Positions 1-15,585 of a stretch of DNA of 64,000 bases are shown piece by piece (within the stretch, counting starts at the first letter, position 1; every line of letters starts with the position of its first letter). Under the pieces are notes generated by a model that saw nothing but the letters and a program-made list of their open reading frames with translations, did no database searches and was not told the DNA's origin. Source of the DNA: the human T2T-CHM13v2.0 reference genome, Homo sapiens; assembly GCF_009914755.1 (NCBI RefSeq), contig NC_060927.1, one strand, 5' to 3'. The position numbers and the translations under genes are program-made.

Positions 1-480
1 CTCCAAAGTGCTATGAAATAGTAAAAGTGCATAATGGGTGTTCTTAGATGCTAATGGCAAATCTTCAGGTATACAATGAGGTACGACCACTGGGAAAATA
101 AGTGAGGTGAGAGGCAGCTTGAGGATTTACCTATGAGTGAAATTAAGCTGAGAAAAGGAAACTAGCACTGGGCTAGGGGTAAGGAAACCGAGGGTCAGTA
201 AAGAAATAGCAGATGTTAGGATTTTCCATTTCTTTTTGTTCGACACTTTGAATGGATTCTGAAATAGGCTAGAAGTTGAGAGAGGGGTTGAGAAGTTCGC
301 TTCGGTGTCTGAAATTATTGAGAAAAGAAAACTGAAAACGAACAAGGAAAAGTAAGATTAAAAGAGGCTTTTACTGGCCACTCAGTGAAAGGAGAAGGTG
401 CCTGTCCATGGTGTAAGTGGCTCAAGATTCTTGAGCATCTCTTTGCAAATTGATATACATGGTGAAGGATGACTTTAAGG

Positions 481-702
481 CATTGGTCCTTAACTGAGAT
501 AATTTTGCTCATCCCCTTCCTGGTAGACACGACAATATCCAAAGATACTTTTAGTTGTCAGGACCTGGGGAGTGCTGCTACTTGCATGTAGTGGGTAGAG
601 GCCAGGGATGCTGTTCAATATTCTACAATGCACAGGACAGCCCTAAAAAGCAAAACATTATACAGCCCAAAATGTCAACGGTGTCACTGTTGAGATACCT
701 TG
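481..702 (+). mobile_element. MER20 hAT-Charlie DNA transposon (MITE)
   Basis: Core gtgggtagaggccagggatgctg...ctacaatgcacaggacagccc...cccaaaatgtcaa matches recalled MER20 consensus; degenerate TIRs cattggtccttaac / gttgagataccttg. Confidence 0.85.
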
Positions 703-1554
703 TGTTAGAGAATCTGTTATTTGTTTCTGTGTTTGTGTAGACACAGGACCCTCAGAGGAAAGTTGGGAACAGATGGAAGAAATAAAATGGCGTCTGTTCT
801 CTCCTCAGTCTCTTGGATAAGTTACCGGCTCCTGTGGAGAAAGGATTTAGGGCTGGAAGCTAAAAAAGCTGTTTTTAGGAGAAACATTATGAGCCTGCGA
901 GCAATGACACTGCTGCTTGGAATTCAGGGAACAAAGTACAACCAAAGATTGAGGAAGGGGCTCTTTTCTCCACTCCCACTTGGGTCCCATAGAAATATAG
1001 CACTTTGAGGATGTCCTTGGTCAAAGCATAATCATGGTAATCATGAACATGTAAAGCTCTCGCAAATGAATTTGTGAAGAGAGGACAGCTTCAAGAGGCA
1101 GCTGGGACAGAAAGAGAATGGGGTGAGTGGGCAACATGCAGCGCCTACCACTGGTAGACTTGTGATTTAGCTACAAATCCCAAACGCCATGACTACAAAA
1201 TATACTTGAAGGTGGGGATTTTGCTGGTTGGGTAGAGGACTTGTGTAAGCAGAAAGGAGCAAAAGCAGGACATTTGAGCTTTCAGTTTTTGTGGCCACAT
1301 TATAGGTACATGCTACTGAAGCTTTGAAAGTGTTTTCATTATACAAGCTATACAAACATAGGACATTCATACGTGGAGAAGTTTCCATGTAAGATTTCCT
1401 TCAAACCTGAAGGCTGATTCAAGACCTTTCCATTCAACTTCTCATTATTTCATTAGGTCTCATTATCAGGCCATTACAAACAAACAGGCTTCTGGGACCT
1501 TTATGATCCAGTTTCATCATTATTCAAGGTAACTTTATAAAATGTGTTAGCTCT

Positions 1555-2757
1555 AGTACTTAAATGTTGGTTTCAAATGCCATTCTGTACTAAAGAGATA
1601 CAGAGGAGGTCCTCATTCCAAGAATGAAAAGTAAAAGATGATCCTCAAGCAGGTTATTTGCCAGAGAGAAAGACAAGGCTCGGAGAGTGATCAGAAAGAC
1701 CCAGGAGCCAGTTTAAAGGAGCTTCTAGTGACCAAATAAGGAAACATTTGAGAATCAGATAAGTAATGACAGTAAAAGAACACAACTCATTGAACAAAAT
1801 AAGAATCCAGGAGGAGTCCATGTGGATGTAAACAAATTTAAGGGGAAGAAAATGTTTATTCACATTGTTAGAATGTCAACTAGCAAATGTAGAAGAAAAG
1901 ATGCAATTAGAAAATATTTTGCAAATACCATGGTTAAAATTATTCAGCTAAGAGTTATCAATGAATTCTTAAACTAGTAGGTAAAAGCTTTAAAAAATAA
2001 GATATTTAGTCTCAACTTATGCCCCCAAAGTAGTGAATAATTACAAAGGAAAATAATAACCACTTTATAGTAGAGAAACTTGACAGATACCATCTTAACT
2101 AGGTGATTAAAATCAACCCCCTGCCTCCCATTTTCACCCCTTGCCCAGTAATAACTCAACATTACATGTAATAACAATCATTAATAAGGATATACCATTT
2201 ATTCTGTGGTATTTCTGCAAAAAATGCATACATCAAATGGTTCATAAGAAAACAGCAAACAAAACAAAATATAAGGACTTTCTACAAAATAACTGGCCTG
2301 TCTGTACTCTTCAAAAATATCAAGGTTATAAAAGACAAAGATTGAGAAGAAAAACCTGTTCCGGATTATAGAAAGCCAAATGTACCATGTGATTTGGGGT
2401 CACTACATGGATCAGATTACATTATTGGTAAATTGGTAAAATTTGAATAAGGTCTGTGGATTAGATAACTTAATTATACCAATATTAACTTCCTGATTTT
2501 GATAATTATAATGGGTTATGTAAGAGATTGTCTTTAGTTTTAGACTTTTAGTATTTAGGGGTAAAGGGGCATTATGTCTACAGTTTATTCTCAAGTAGTT
2601 CAAAAATTAATTTGGATATATAACCTAAATATAGTAAGTATGGTTAAATAAACATATTAGTAATTGGGAAATCTAGGTTAAGAGAAATGGAAGTTCTTTG
2701 AGTTATTCTTGAAACTAATCTGTAAATTTGAAATCACTTCAAAATAAAAAGTTACCA
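1555..2757 (+). mobile_element. Old L1 3' UTR (L1MC-type)
   Basis: Motifs aatttgaataaggtctgtggattagat, aacttcctgattttgataat, gtatttaggggtaaaggggcat, terminal ctgtaaatttgaaatcacttcaaaataaaaagt; start approximate. Confidence 0.7.
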
Positions 2758-2759
2758 AA

Positions 2760-3125
2760 TGATATGGTTTGACTCTGTGTCCCCACCCCACCCAAATAGC
2801 ACCTCAACTTTCAATAATCCCTCCATGTTGTGGGAGGGACCCAGTGGGAGGTAACTGAATCATGAGGGTGGGAGTTTCCCATGCTGTTCTCATGATAGTG
2901 AATAAGTCTCATGAGATCTGATAGTTTTATAAATGGTAGTTCCCCTGCATACGCTCTCTTGCCTGCTGCGATGTAAGACTTGCCTTTGCTCCTCCTTCAC
3001 CTTCTGCCATGATTATGAGGCCTCCTCAGCCATGTAGAACTGTGAGTCCATTAAACCTCTTTTTCTTTATAAATTACCCACCCTCAGGTATGTCCTAATT
3101 AGCAGTGTGAGCACAGACTAACACA
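2760..3125 (+). mobile_element. THE1 solo LTR (ERVL-MaLR)
   Basis: Begins tgatatggtttg, ends gactaacaca; internal gggagggacccagtgggaggtaa and gaactgtgagtccattaaacctc; sits in the A-tail of the preceding L1. Confidence 0.92.
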
Positions 3126-3529
3126 TTAAACTAAACAAAAAAAAAAAATGTAATTAGAAGACTTCTAATGACAGAGTGTTAGGGGCCCAGAAATCTCACT
3201 GCTGACATAACGCTTCATGGAAAATAGTATGCTTTTCACCTCATGATTGATTCTAGAAATGTCTAAGTATATTTACAAGGATTTTCCAGAACGCTAAAGT
3301 AAAAAAAATAGCGTAATGCTTGAACATGTGCATTCCAACGTCAGGAAAAAATGACTGATTGGAAAGATACTTCTCTCTGGGCCTTGCTTTTTCCACCTTT
3401 ACAATGGGATAAACAGCACCAATGACCTCCCAACATTTCTGAGAGTATAATAAAATGAGGCAAAAGAAGTAAAATGCCTGGCACATGAATATTAGATGTT
3501 ATTTTGTTATCCCACATATCTCCTAAGCC

Positions 3530-3562
3530 TTAGCTTTCTAAGAGCTTTAGCTTTCTAAGAGC
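3530..3562. repeat. 17-bp period tandem duplication (ttagctttctaagagc x2)
   Basis: Seen directly at 3530-3545 and 3547-3562. Confidence 0.9.
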
Positions 3563-4409
3563 ATAAGCAATTTAGAGAGAGAAAGCAAATGCTTTTCAAA
3601 GAAAATATAGAAAATGGAGAAAACATTTTTCCCATGAAGAAACCATAACTAACTTATTTTTAAAAATACATTAAGGTAATTGGTTTTACTCTAGAACACA
3701 ACTGAGCATGCCTTAGAACCAACACCAGGTTGAGACACATGAGTTTCCAGAGTTTAGTTAGCTGCCAAGTCTCCAGAAGCCAGCCTTAGCTTGTCGTGCT
3801 GACATTATTTCTGAAAGGCCATAAACAGATTCCTAGAGAAATGATCTAATAACACCACCACCATTTCCCATTTACTGGGTGCATTACACTGAGCTAGGTG
3901 CTTTGCTTACCTCTTTGTATTAATTAACTTTTTATGGGCTCATAAAGGGTCACTGAAGTGGGTATTATTAGCCTATTATGAAGTAGGCATAGTTGAATTT
4001 TGAATCCTGGCAGTAATATTTCATATTCTTTGCTCTTAACTACTACACTATATTACCACTTGGACCTGTTGCCAGTGAATAATCAGAGCAGTGGCATGGG
4101 AATCCCATGTAGGGAAGAAACTGGTAATGGAATATCTAACTTGGAAATTTCAAGGAATTCACCCAGTAGGAAGCTGGACTCCACTCTCTGTGGTTTGGGG
4201 CAAAGGAATTTAGCCCCTGAATAAGATGTAGGTAGAGGTAAGCTTATAGCAGGGACGATTTTAAAATCTAGGTCTAGAGAGCCTGAGATTCATAGCAAAT
4301 TGCCAAAAAAGGACTCAATCCCAGGATTCAAGGCAGAATTTCAGTTCCAAAGAGAAGAGTAGACTGTCTATACATTTGACTTTATGACCACATTTCAGAA
4401 CATTATTCA

Positions 4410-4632
4410 GGGTATGAGCTTTAAAGTGAGACCAGTTTTGGTTGGAATCTCAGCACTACCACTAATAGGTTATGAACTTTCATACTCGTTATATACTTTT
4501 CTCAGTCTTAGCTTCCTCACTTGCAAATAGCATGTAATAACATCTATTTTACAGTATTATTGTGAGAATTAGAGATAATTTATGTTAAAAGATGAATTTA
4601 TTGTCTGGCTTTAGCAGAGAATAAATGGTACT
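4410..4632 (+). mobile_element. MIR SINE
   Basis: gggttggaatctcagcactaccact...tctcagtcttagcttcctcacttgcaaa...gtattattgtgagaattagagataat resembles the MIR core. Confidence 0.7.
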
Positions 4633-4829
4633 TACTAGTAGAGATAACAGGAGCAGTGACGAGAGTCCCGGTAGGAGTGGTTCTGATCTGGGAATGAAGC
4701 TGAATCTTCAAAGGGCAGCCAAGTTTGCCTGATAGTGTGTATAGGGTAGAGGAAGTAATGCAAGGATTTAGACATCAAGCAGAGATAAAACTGAATCGCA
4801 AAGAGATTTCCTTCCAAAATTCACTATTT

Positions 4830-5405
4830 GTTGTTGCCACTCATCTTCCATTTATCTTCCTTCTGAGTACTAAAGCCCAACTTCTAGAAATCAGCCTTTC
4901 CCTACCCTTATATATGTGGTTGTGAGTGAAACTTCTCATTCTTCCTCACTGAGAAACAGACCTGAGACCTTGTCCTCAACCAGTCACAACATTACATACT
5001 CTCAGCTACAATAAGTGACTTGGTGATTGGCATGTTACTCTTCCAGAGCCTATTAACTGCCTAGCAGCCTTGCTAACATTTTGGATTATAATATAATTCA
5101 TCTTTCTTTTTTTCTTTTTCACTGAACAATGAACTTGAGAGAGTATATGGTCTGGAGTTGATACTGTAGGGAGTACAGCCAACTCAAAAGACATGGAGCC
5201 TAGAGACTTAACAAAAAAAAAGACAACAGGTTTCTGGTGACATGATTTGAACACTAGCATTATGCAGTGCTTGCAGCCAGCACTACTCTTTGACTTTCTA
5301 CCTATGTGTCTCATTGAATTGCTTATTACTAGTATTATTATTATTGTTATTATTATTTTTGCTCAAACCAATTTGGGCCAGATTTCTGTGACTTAAAATT
5401 CTAAA
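4830..5405 (+). mobile_element. Degenerate MLT1-type LTR
   Basis: 3' end ttttgctcaaaccaatttgggccagatttctgtgactt resembles the MLT1J/K terminus; boundaries uncertain. Confidence 0.45.
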
Positions 5406-5867
5406 CTCAAACATTCCTCACATCATATAAAGGGAAAGCAAAAAATGTAAGCCTTTTTCACTTACCAGCTTCTTTTTCTTTATCCTACTGATATTTTAAT
5501 TAGGAGATTCAGAACTTTGAATATATTTCCAGCCTGAAGAATATGGAGTATAAGTAATAACATATTCTCCTACCAAGAGAACCATTAAACATATCCTTGT
5601 GGTGTTTCCTATAGGGAGACATTAACTATTCAATTCTCATACACATTATGTACATGTACATGCAAATGAAGTGGAGGAATCCATGTAAATAATTTTTACA
5701 ATTATTGGATAATAAGTTATTTTTACCATCTTTTGAGTAAGCTATTTGTTTTGACAGGTTCTAGATAATATATACAAAAATAATGAAAATAATATATTGG
5801 GTGTATACTCAGAATTAATCTATAATAAACACACTACATCATACTTTCGAAAGAAGCTTCTTCTAAT

Positions 5868-6017
5868 GAGGAAGGAAGGAGGGAAGGAAGGAAGGAGAGA
5901 ATGAAGGAGAGAAGGAAGGAGGGAGGGAGGGAAGGAAGGAAGGGAGGAGGCAAGGAAGGAAGGGAGGGAGGAAGGAGGCAAGGAATGAAGGAGCGAAGGA
6001 GAAAGGGAGAAAGAAAG
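5868..6017. repeat. GA-rich (GGAA/GGAG) low-complexity polypurine tract
   Basis: Direct reading; explains the S/L/P/F-rich and E/G/R-rich spurious ORFs at 5820-6116. Confidence 0.95.
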
Positions 6018-6551
6018 CAAAACAAAAAAACCAAAACTGACACCAATTCAAGAAGAAAAATCAGCAGTTACATCTGCTTATTTTCAGCCCAATGTAGTAA
6101 TGCAGAATTAAACTAAATTTGAACCTGGCAGTCTGAATGGGCCTCCCCACAATGTCAAATTTGGAACCAGACAATGATTCAATAAAATAAAGGAAAATAG
6201 AATACATAACTTAGATTCAAAATTATTCTTTCACGTTTAAAGCCTTCAGTTTGCAGTAGATGAAGAAAGCATATTCAGATATTTTTAAAATCAGAAATAT
6301 TATAGTAAGAAAGTAAATGAAGTTGTAAGTCTAATACTTTTGTGAAATTAAATATTTGATAAAGTTTTATCATCATTTGCTGACTTAAAATTTGTCAATG
6401 CACAAATAGTCATAATAGGAGGATTTAGTTCTCCAGCTACGCTGCAGGTTTAAGTAAATGTTTTAGAGGCTTTGATCTGGGGAGGCCTGGCCACAGGCTA
6501 TTGAGAGCACAGTAAAAGATGACTGAGAAATCCAAATCAAAAGTGAAACCC

Positions 6552-10639
<4,088 letters not shown>

Positions 10640-11557
10640 ACAATGAGAACACATGGACACAGGAAGGGGAACATCACACACCGGGGCCTGTTGTGGGGTC
10701 GGGGGAGGGGGGAGGGATAGCATTAGGAGATATACCTAATGCTAAATGACGAGTTAATGGGTGCAGAATAGCAACACGGCACATGTATACATATGTAACA
10801 AATCTGCACATTGTGCACATGTACTCTAAAACTTAAAGTATAATAATAATAAAAAAAAAAAAGTGAAACCCAAGCTGACCTTGTTTTTGAGGTGTCAGCC
10901 TAAAGAGAAGAAACAGAGATGCAAAATCATGTAGGTAAGATTCAACAGATATAAATATGGCCCAGACCACCGAAGACTGTTAGGAATGTAGAGTGGAAAT
11001 TAGAGCTAGGGAGAGTCTATGAGCAGAAAGTTGCCAGTTTGGAAAGAACTCATAGGAGTACATACCCAAATTCCTACCAGGGTTAGACAGGTAAAGTGAA
11101 TGAGTAAAGATACACAGATACACAAAAATCTCACTCTATCTTTTATAATCCACTTTTGGTAGAGGATTCCTAAGACAAAAATCAACAGTATAAACATGAT
11201 GATAAATGGAAACTGACAATTTCCCCCAGTATGAAAGAGGCAATATGGAATGATGGACACTGTGAAGAGCTGGAGTTCATTTGTTCATTCATATGTATTG
11301 AGCATTTAGTGATTGATAGGTAAAGAAGAGGAAAATACAGAAATATTCCCCTAAGCTATATTTGGAAGAAATCTAACAGTTCAGTCACAAAGAACAGGAA
11401 AAGGCAATTATGTACATTCACACACACACACACACATTTTATTAAGTGGCATCTAAACTCTAAGTACTAAGAATTTAAACCCTGACAATAGTAAACAAAA
11501 TTCTGCTTATAATAAGTGACAATGAACTTTTTGGTGAGTGTAAAAAGTCAAGAATTT

Positions 11558-11859
11558 GGCCTAGCACAGTGCCTCATGCCTGTAATTCCAGCACTTTGGG
11601 AGGCTGAGGTGGGAGTATTGCTTGAGACCAGGAGTTTGAGACCAGCCTGGGCAACACAGCGAGACCCCTACCTCTACAAAAAAATTTTAAATATTAGCCA
11701 GGTGTGGTGGTCCACCCCTGCTGTCCTAGCTACTCAGGAGGTTCGCTTGAGCGCAGGAGTTCAAGGCTTCAGTGAGCTATGATCACGCCACTGCACTCCA
11801 AACCTGGGCGACAGAGTGAGACCCTGTCTCAAAAACAAAACAAAACAAACAAAAAAAAA
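11558..11859 (+). mobile_element. AluJ with short right-arm deletion
   Basis: J diagnostics gcttgag.ccaggagtt, cagtgagctatgatc, gagaccctgtctc; (CAAAA) tail. Confidence 0.9.
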
Positions 11860-11990
11860 GTGGTCTTTGATTGCCAACAACAAAAACAAGCTCTGATTGA
11901 CTTAAGCAGGAAAGAATGTGACCAGTTGGGAAATGGTTGGCTCACAGAGTCAGGGAAGACCTGATAATCAGGCTTAGAAAACAGACAGCA
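11860..11990 (-). mobile_element. MLT1-type LTR 3' fragment
   Basis: ttgattgccaacaac...ctctgattgacttaagcaggaaag...ggctcacagagtc resembles a reverse MLT1 terminus. Confidence 0.45.
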
Positions 11991-11991
11991 A

Positions 11992-14210
11992 GTCTTGCAG
12001 TTGAAGGTTATAGATCGAACATATCTGCATGTATACATTCATTTAACTGTAATTCCACCTGAAACATTTCTAAAATAACAGAAAAGTAAACACACACACA
12101 CAGCAAAACCCACAAGGTCAAAGAAAAAGATGAGAAGAAGTGATAGCAACCACATTTGGGGAGCCAGAATGCAGATGGATAAGTGGTAACAGATGTGGCC
12201 TACTTGATAAAGCTGAATACAAGCCAGCAGAAGGGGAAGCCAGGAAGCAACACAATTCAAAGTACAGAATCTCCAAATGGTTAAGGAACTAACAAAACCT
12301 TTACCTTCAGAAGTGAGATAAAGATGACGTTGGGGTTACAAAAGAGTATGTGCCTAAGATTCCTTCTCTTTATGTCTAGGCAATTTCTCCCACAGCAGCA
12401 GAAGCTCAAAGGTTAATTTTCCATAGAGGATAATAGGAGGCTTCTGCATTATAAAACTTCAGATACACACACGAATGAAAAACAAAAAGATTAACTAAAA
12501 TCTTACAGACTGAATGTTTAGACCTCCACCAGGATCCAAGAAAAATAGCAGCCAGACTGAGAACTTCTAGGTAGGGAAATGGAAGATGTTTCCTTTGGGA
12601 ATTTGAGACTGGCTTAAAAGAAGAGGTCTAAATTACTGACATCAAATGTTTCCCAGTGAAACCCCTGCCAGTCTGTGAAGCCCAGAGTTGGCAAGCTCCG
12701 TGCACTCACAATTTATACCAGCCTCAGATAGCCACTCTTAAATATGAGGAGACAGGCAAGCTCACTACAAATTTGAGAAAAATATCTAATATGAAAAGTG
12801 GACACCAAAATAAAAGGAAATAAAAATAAGCCAACTTGGGTAAAATAAAGACTATGCAGAAAGAAAAAGGGCTTTAAACAAAAATATGAAATGAGATCTT
12901 GAAAATTTAAAACTGAGCAAAAATTTAAAATTCAAGAGTTTGAAGACATATTTGAGGAAATCTTCTAGAACATTAGACAAAAAGTCAGAGATAAAAACTA
13001 ATAGAGGAAAAAGGAAACTAGAAAAGTATATCAGGAGGCCCAGCATTAAAATTAATAGCAGTTCAAAGAAGAGAGATAAAAGAAAATATAAGAGATGAAA
13101 GGCATCAAAGAAATACTTCAGGAAAGCTTCCTGATTTGAAGAACATGGGATTCCTTATTAAAATTATCCATTTAGGATAATGGCATCCAGCTTGCCCAAT
13201 AAAATAGTAGCTTCTAGAGAAGAAAAAAGTTGATCACATGTGAAAAATGGGAATTAGAAATGAATAAACAAAAACAATGAAACCTGAAAAATAACTGATA
13301 AATAACTTATAAATTCATGAAAATTATTTCCAATTGAACCAATCTATGATAAATGTGCAGTTAGTCTAAACACATTTTCAGATAATAAAACATTCTATGA
13401 AAATTTCTATTCCATCTTAGGAAATAATTGGAGGTGTTCCGGCAAAATCTAAGATAATTTTGAAAAGAGAAATACATATCAAGGAAATAGGAAATCTAAT
13501 ACAAGAGAAATAAATCTCCAGGAAGATGATGAAGGAAAATCCCAAGATGACACTATGTTGAACTATAGAGAGAAACCATTCCAGATTGGAGTTAGAACAC
13601 TCCAAAAAAGACAACTCTAAGATGATAAAATTATAAGAACATCTGAAGTACTTGAGAGTATTGAGATGAATTTTAAACAAATGCAAGTCTGAAACCAAGT
13701 ACTTAGAAAACTAAACAAAGCAGAAAATTAGGTAACTATTACATAAGAGGGAAAATATTGGGCAAAAACAGAAAAGAAAGTAGTCAGTGCATACAACATG
13801 GCTCAGCTGAATAACATTTACAGTCATCAAATACAAAGACATTATTGATCTAAGCAAAATTATGATATAATTATATTTAGAAGATTTGGAAATAGGAATT
13901 GGACCCATTTGTGGTGTGAAGGTACAAAGTGAAGGAGAGTTAAATCTTCATTTCCCACAATGGCAAGCCAATGTGCCCAAAACTATATTATATGATGAAT
14001 TAACAAAATAAATATTTTATTGGAGAGATGGAGAGACAAATACGAAATAGAAAAGCCAAGACACTTGGAGTGATTGTCTCTGAAAAGTAGAAAATGTAGT
14101 GGAGGAGGAGCAGGCCACAGCTTTCCTTAATTTTTGTAGACTCTTTGACTTTTTAAATAATTTGTGTGTATGACTGCTGAGAATAGAAAATTGCATTAAA
14201 AAATAAAATG
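11992..14210 (+). mobile_element. HAL1-like (half-L1) element, near full length, highly decayed
   Basis: 5' motifs ctgaaac...ctaaaataacag, aaacccacaagg.caaaga, gcagatgga.aagtggtaac; A-rich ORF1-like body; 3' end tttgactttttaaa...gtatgact then A-rich tail. Confidence 0.6.
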
Positions 14211-14341
14211 AATAAGAACCAAGAGATTTATGCTGGCAAAACTATAGGCAAAGTCATACCACAGGAAGAGATGAGGATATCTCTGCTAGACAATGGACTC
14301 ATGAGAACTGGGCAGTATCCACCAACAGAAGGATTTTAGGA

Positions 14342-14537
14342 CAGTGCTATTCAAAGCATCGTCTTCCAGACTGCTAGCGTTAGCACCACCTTAGACATTG
14401 TTAGACAAGTAATTCTTGACCCTCACCCCAGACTCTTGAATCAAAATCTCCAGTATTGGGCAGGAATTTGTAGTTTAACAAGTCCTCCAGCTGACTCTGA
14501 TGCAAGGTTAAAGTTTGAGTAAGGTTTGAGAACTCTG
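14342..14537 (+). mobile_element. MER5A hAT-Charlie
   Basis: cagtgctattcaaag...ccccagactcttgaatcaaaatctc...tttaacaagtcctccagctgactctgatgca...tttgagaactctg. Confidence 0.8.
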
Positions 14538-14545
14538 CTCAAGAC

Positions 14546-14726
14546 CACTAGTTCCCAAATTTGAACCTGCATTTAGATCACCTGCAAATCTTGCTCATCC
14601 ACACATTGCTGGGCCCCACTTCAGAGTTTATTATTCAGTACACCTGGCCTGGAGCCCTAGCCTTTGCATTTCTGAGAAGTTCCCAATGTTGCTGACATTA
14701 ACAAACCTGAGGACTCCACTCTAGAA
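14546..14726 (-). mobile_element. MER5A hAT-Charlie (opposite orientation)
   Basis: gatcacctgcaaatcttg...attgctgggccccacttcagagttt...tttgcatttctgagaagttccca. Confidence 0.75.
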
Positions 14727-15224
14727 CAGTGACACTCAAAATTTTGTCTTGAGACTTTGTACATTCTTAACATTTGCTGAAGATCTAAATAATTTTTCTA
14801 TGGGTTATATTTATCAATATTTAATACATTAGAAATTGAAAACAAAGTTTTTAAAAATGTGTATTTATTTTAATTTAAAATAGCAATAAACTACATGCCA
14901 ACATAATATTTTTTTGAAAAAAACTATATTTTCTAAAACAAATTTAGTGAGAAGAATGATATTGTTTTATATTTTTGCAAAATCTTTTCAATGGCTTGCT
15001 TTGAGGCCAGCTGGATTCTTTTAGTTGTTGCAGCATTCAATCTGTTGCAATAACAAATGTCATGCAGCTTCTAGAAAACTCCACTGTACACTCATGATAA
15101 AATAAGTGTTAAAGAGCCAAATAATGTACTAGTGCTATTATGAAATTCATCATGACATTGTAAGCCCCCAAATAGAGTTATAGGGACCCACAGGGTTTCC
15201 TGAACAACATTCTGAAAACTGCTG
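14727..15224 (-). mobile_element. Charlie1b-like hAT internal-deletion element
   Basis: tttagtgagaagaatg...cagctggattct...gcattcaatctgttgcaata...tctagaaaactccactgtacactcatga matches recalled Charlie1; TIR-like ends cagtg / gaaaactgctg; preceded by ctctagaa. Confidence 0.8.
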
Positions 15225-15533
15225 TTTAGAGCACCCTACTTTTTATGTTACTCATTCTTGAATTAAATTCCAGACAGGATCACCTGTTTGGCTGAGATTT
15301 AGATGCAATATATCAGAAAGAGCAGGCATCCGGCCTGTTTTGTTTTCTGGTAGTAGGAGGTATAGATCTGCTTCCCACTATAATTCATACAATTACAGTT
15401 TCTTCAAGCATAAGATAAAGATTCAGATACTGGTCAGCCAAAAAATATATATTATTACAATGTTGAATTTTCACCAAAATTCATTCTGACTATCATCCAC
15501 ATGTAGCATTGCAAGGTTGCATGCAGAACAATC

Positions 15534-15585
15534 ACTTACCTAAAAGGAAACAAAAGGAAAAAGAAAAGGCAAATGGCAAGTGAGC
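15534..15585 (-). other. Candidate recursive splice site (branch point + polypyrimidine tract + TAG|GTAAGT)
   Basis: Minus strand reads gctcacttgccatttgccttttctttttccttttgtttccttttag|gtaagt; junction between 15540 and 15539. Confidence 0.6.

Noticed and set aside
121-165. Minus-strand ctcag|17 nt|gtaaat microexon or catag|gtaaat recursive-like site
   Set aside because: Weak donor, short pyrimidine tract, probably within decayed repeat sequence
5868-6017. GGAA tract as an EWS-FLI1 response microsatellite
   Set aside because: No more than about three consecutive GGAA units; heavily interrupted
10695-10716. G-quadruplex motif
   Set aside because: Standard G-rich tract of the L1PA 3' UTR, also present near 45377-45398; not locus-specific
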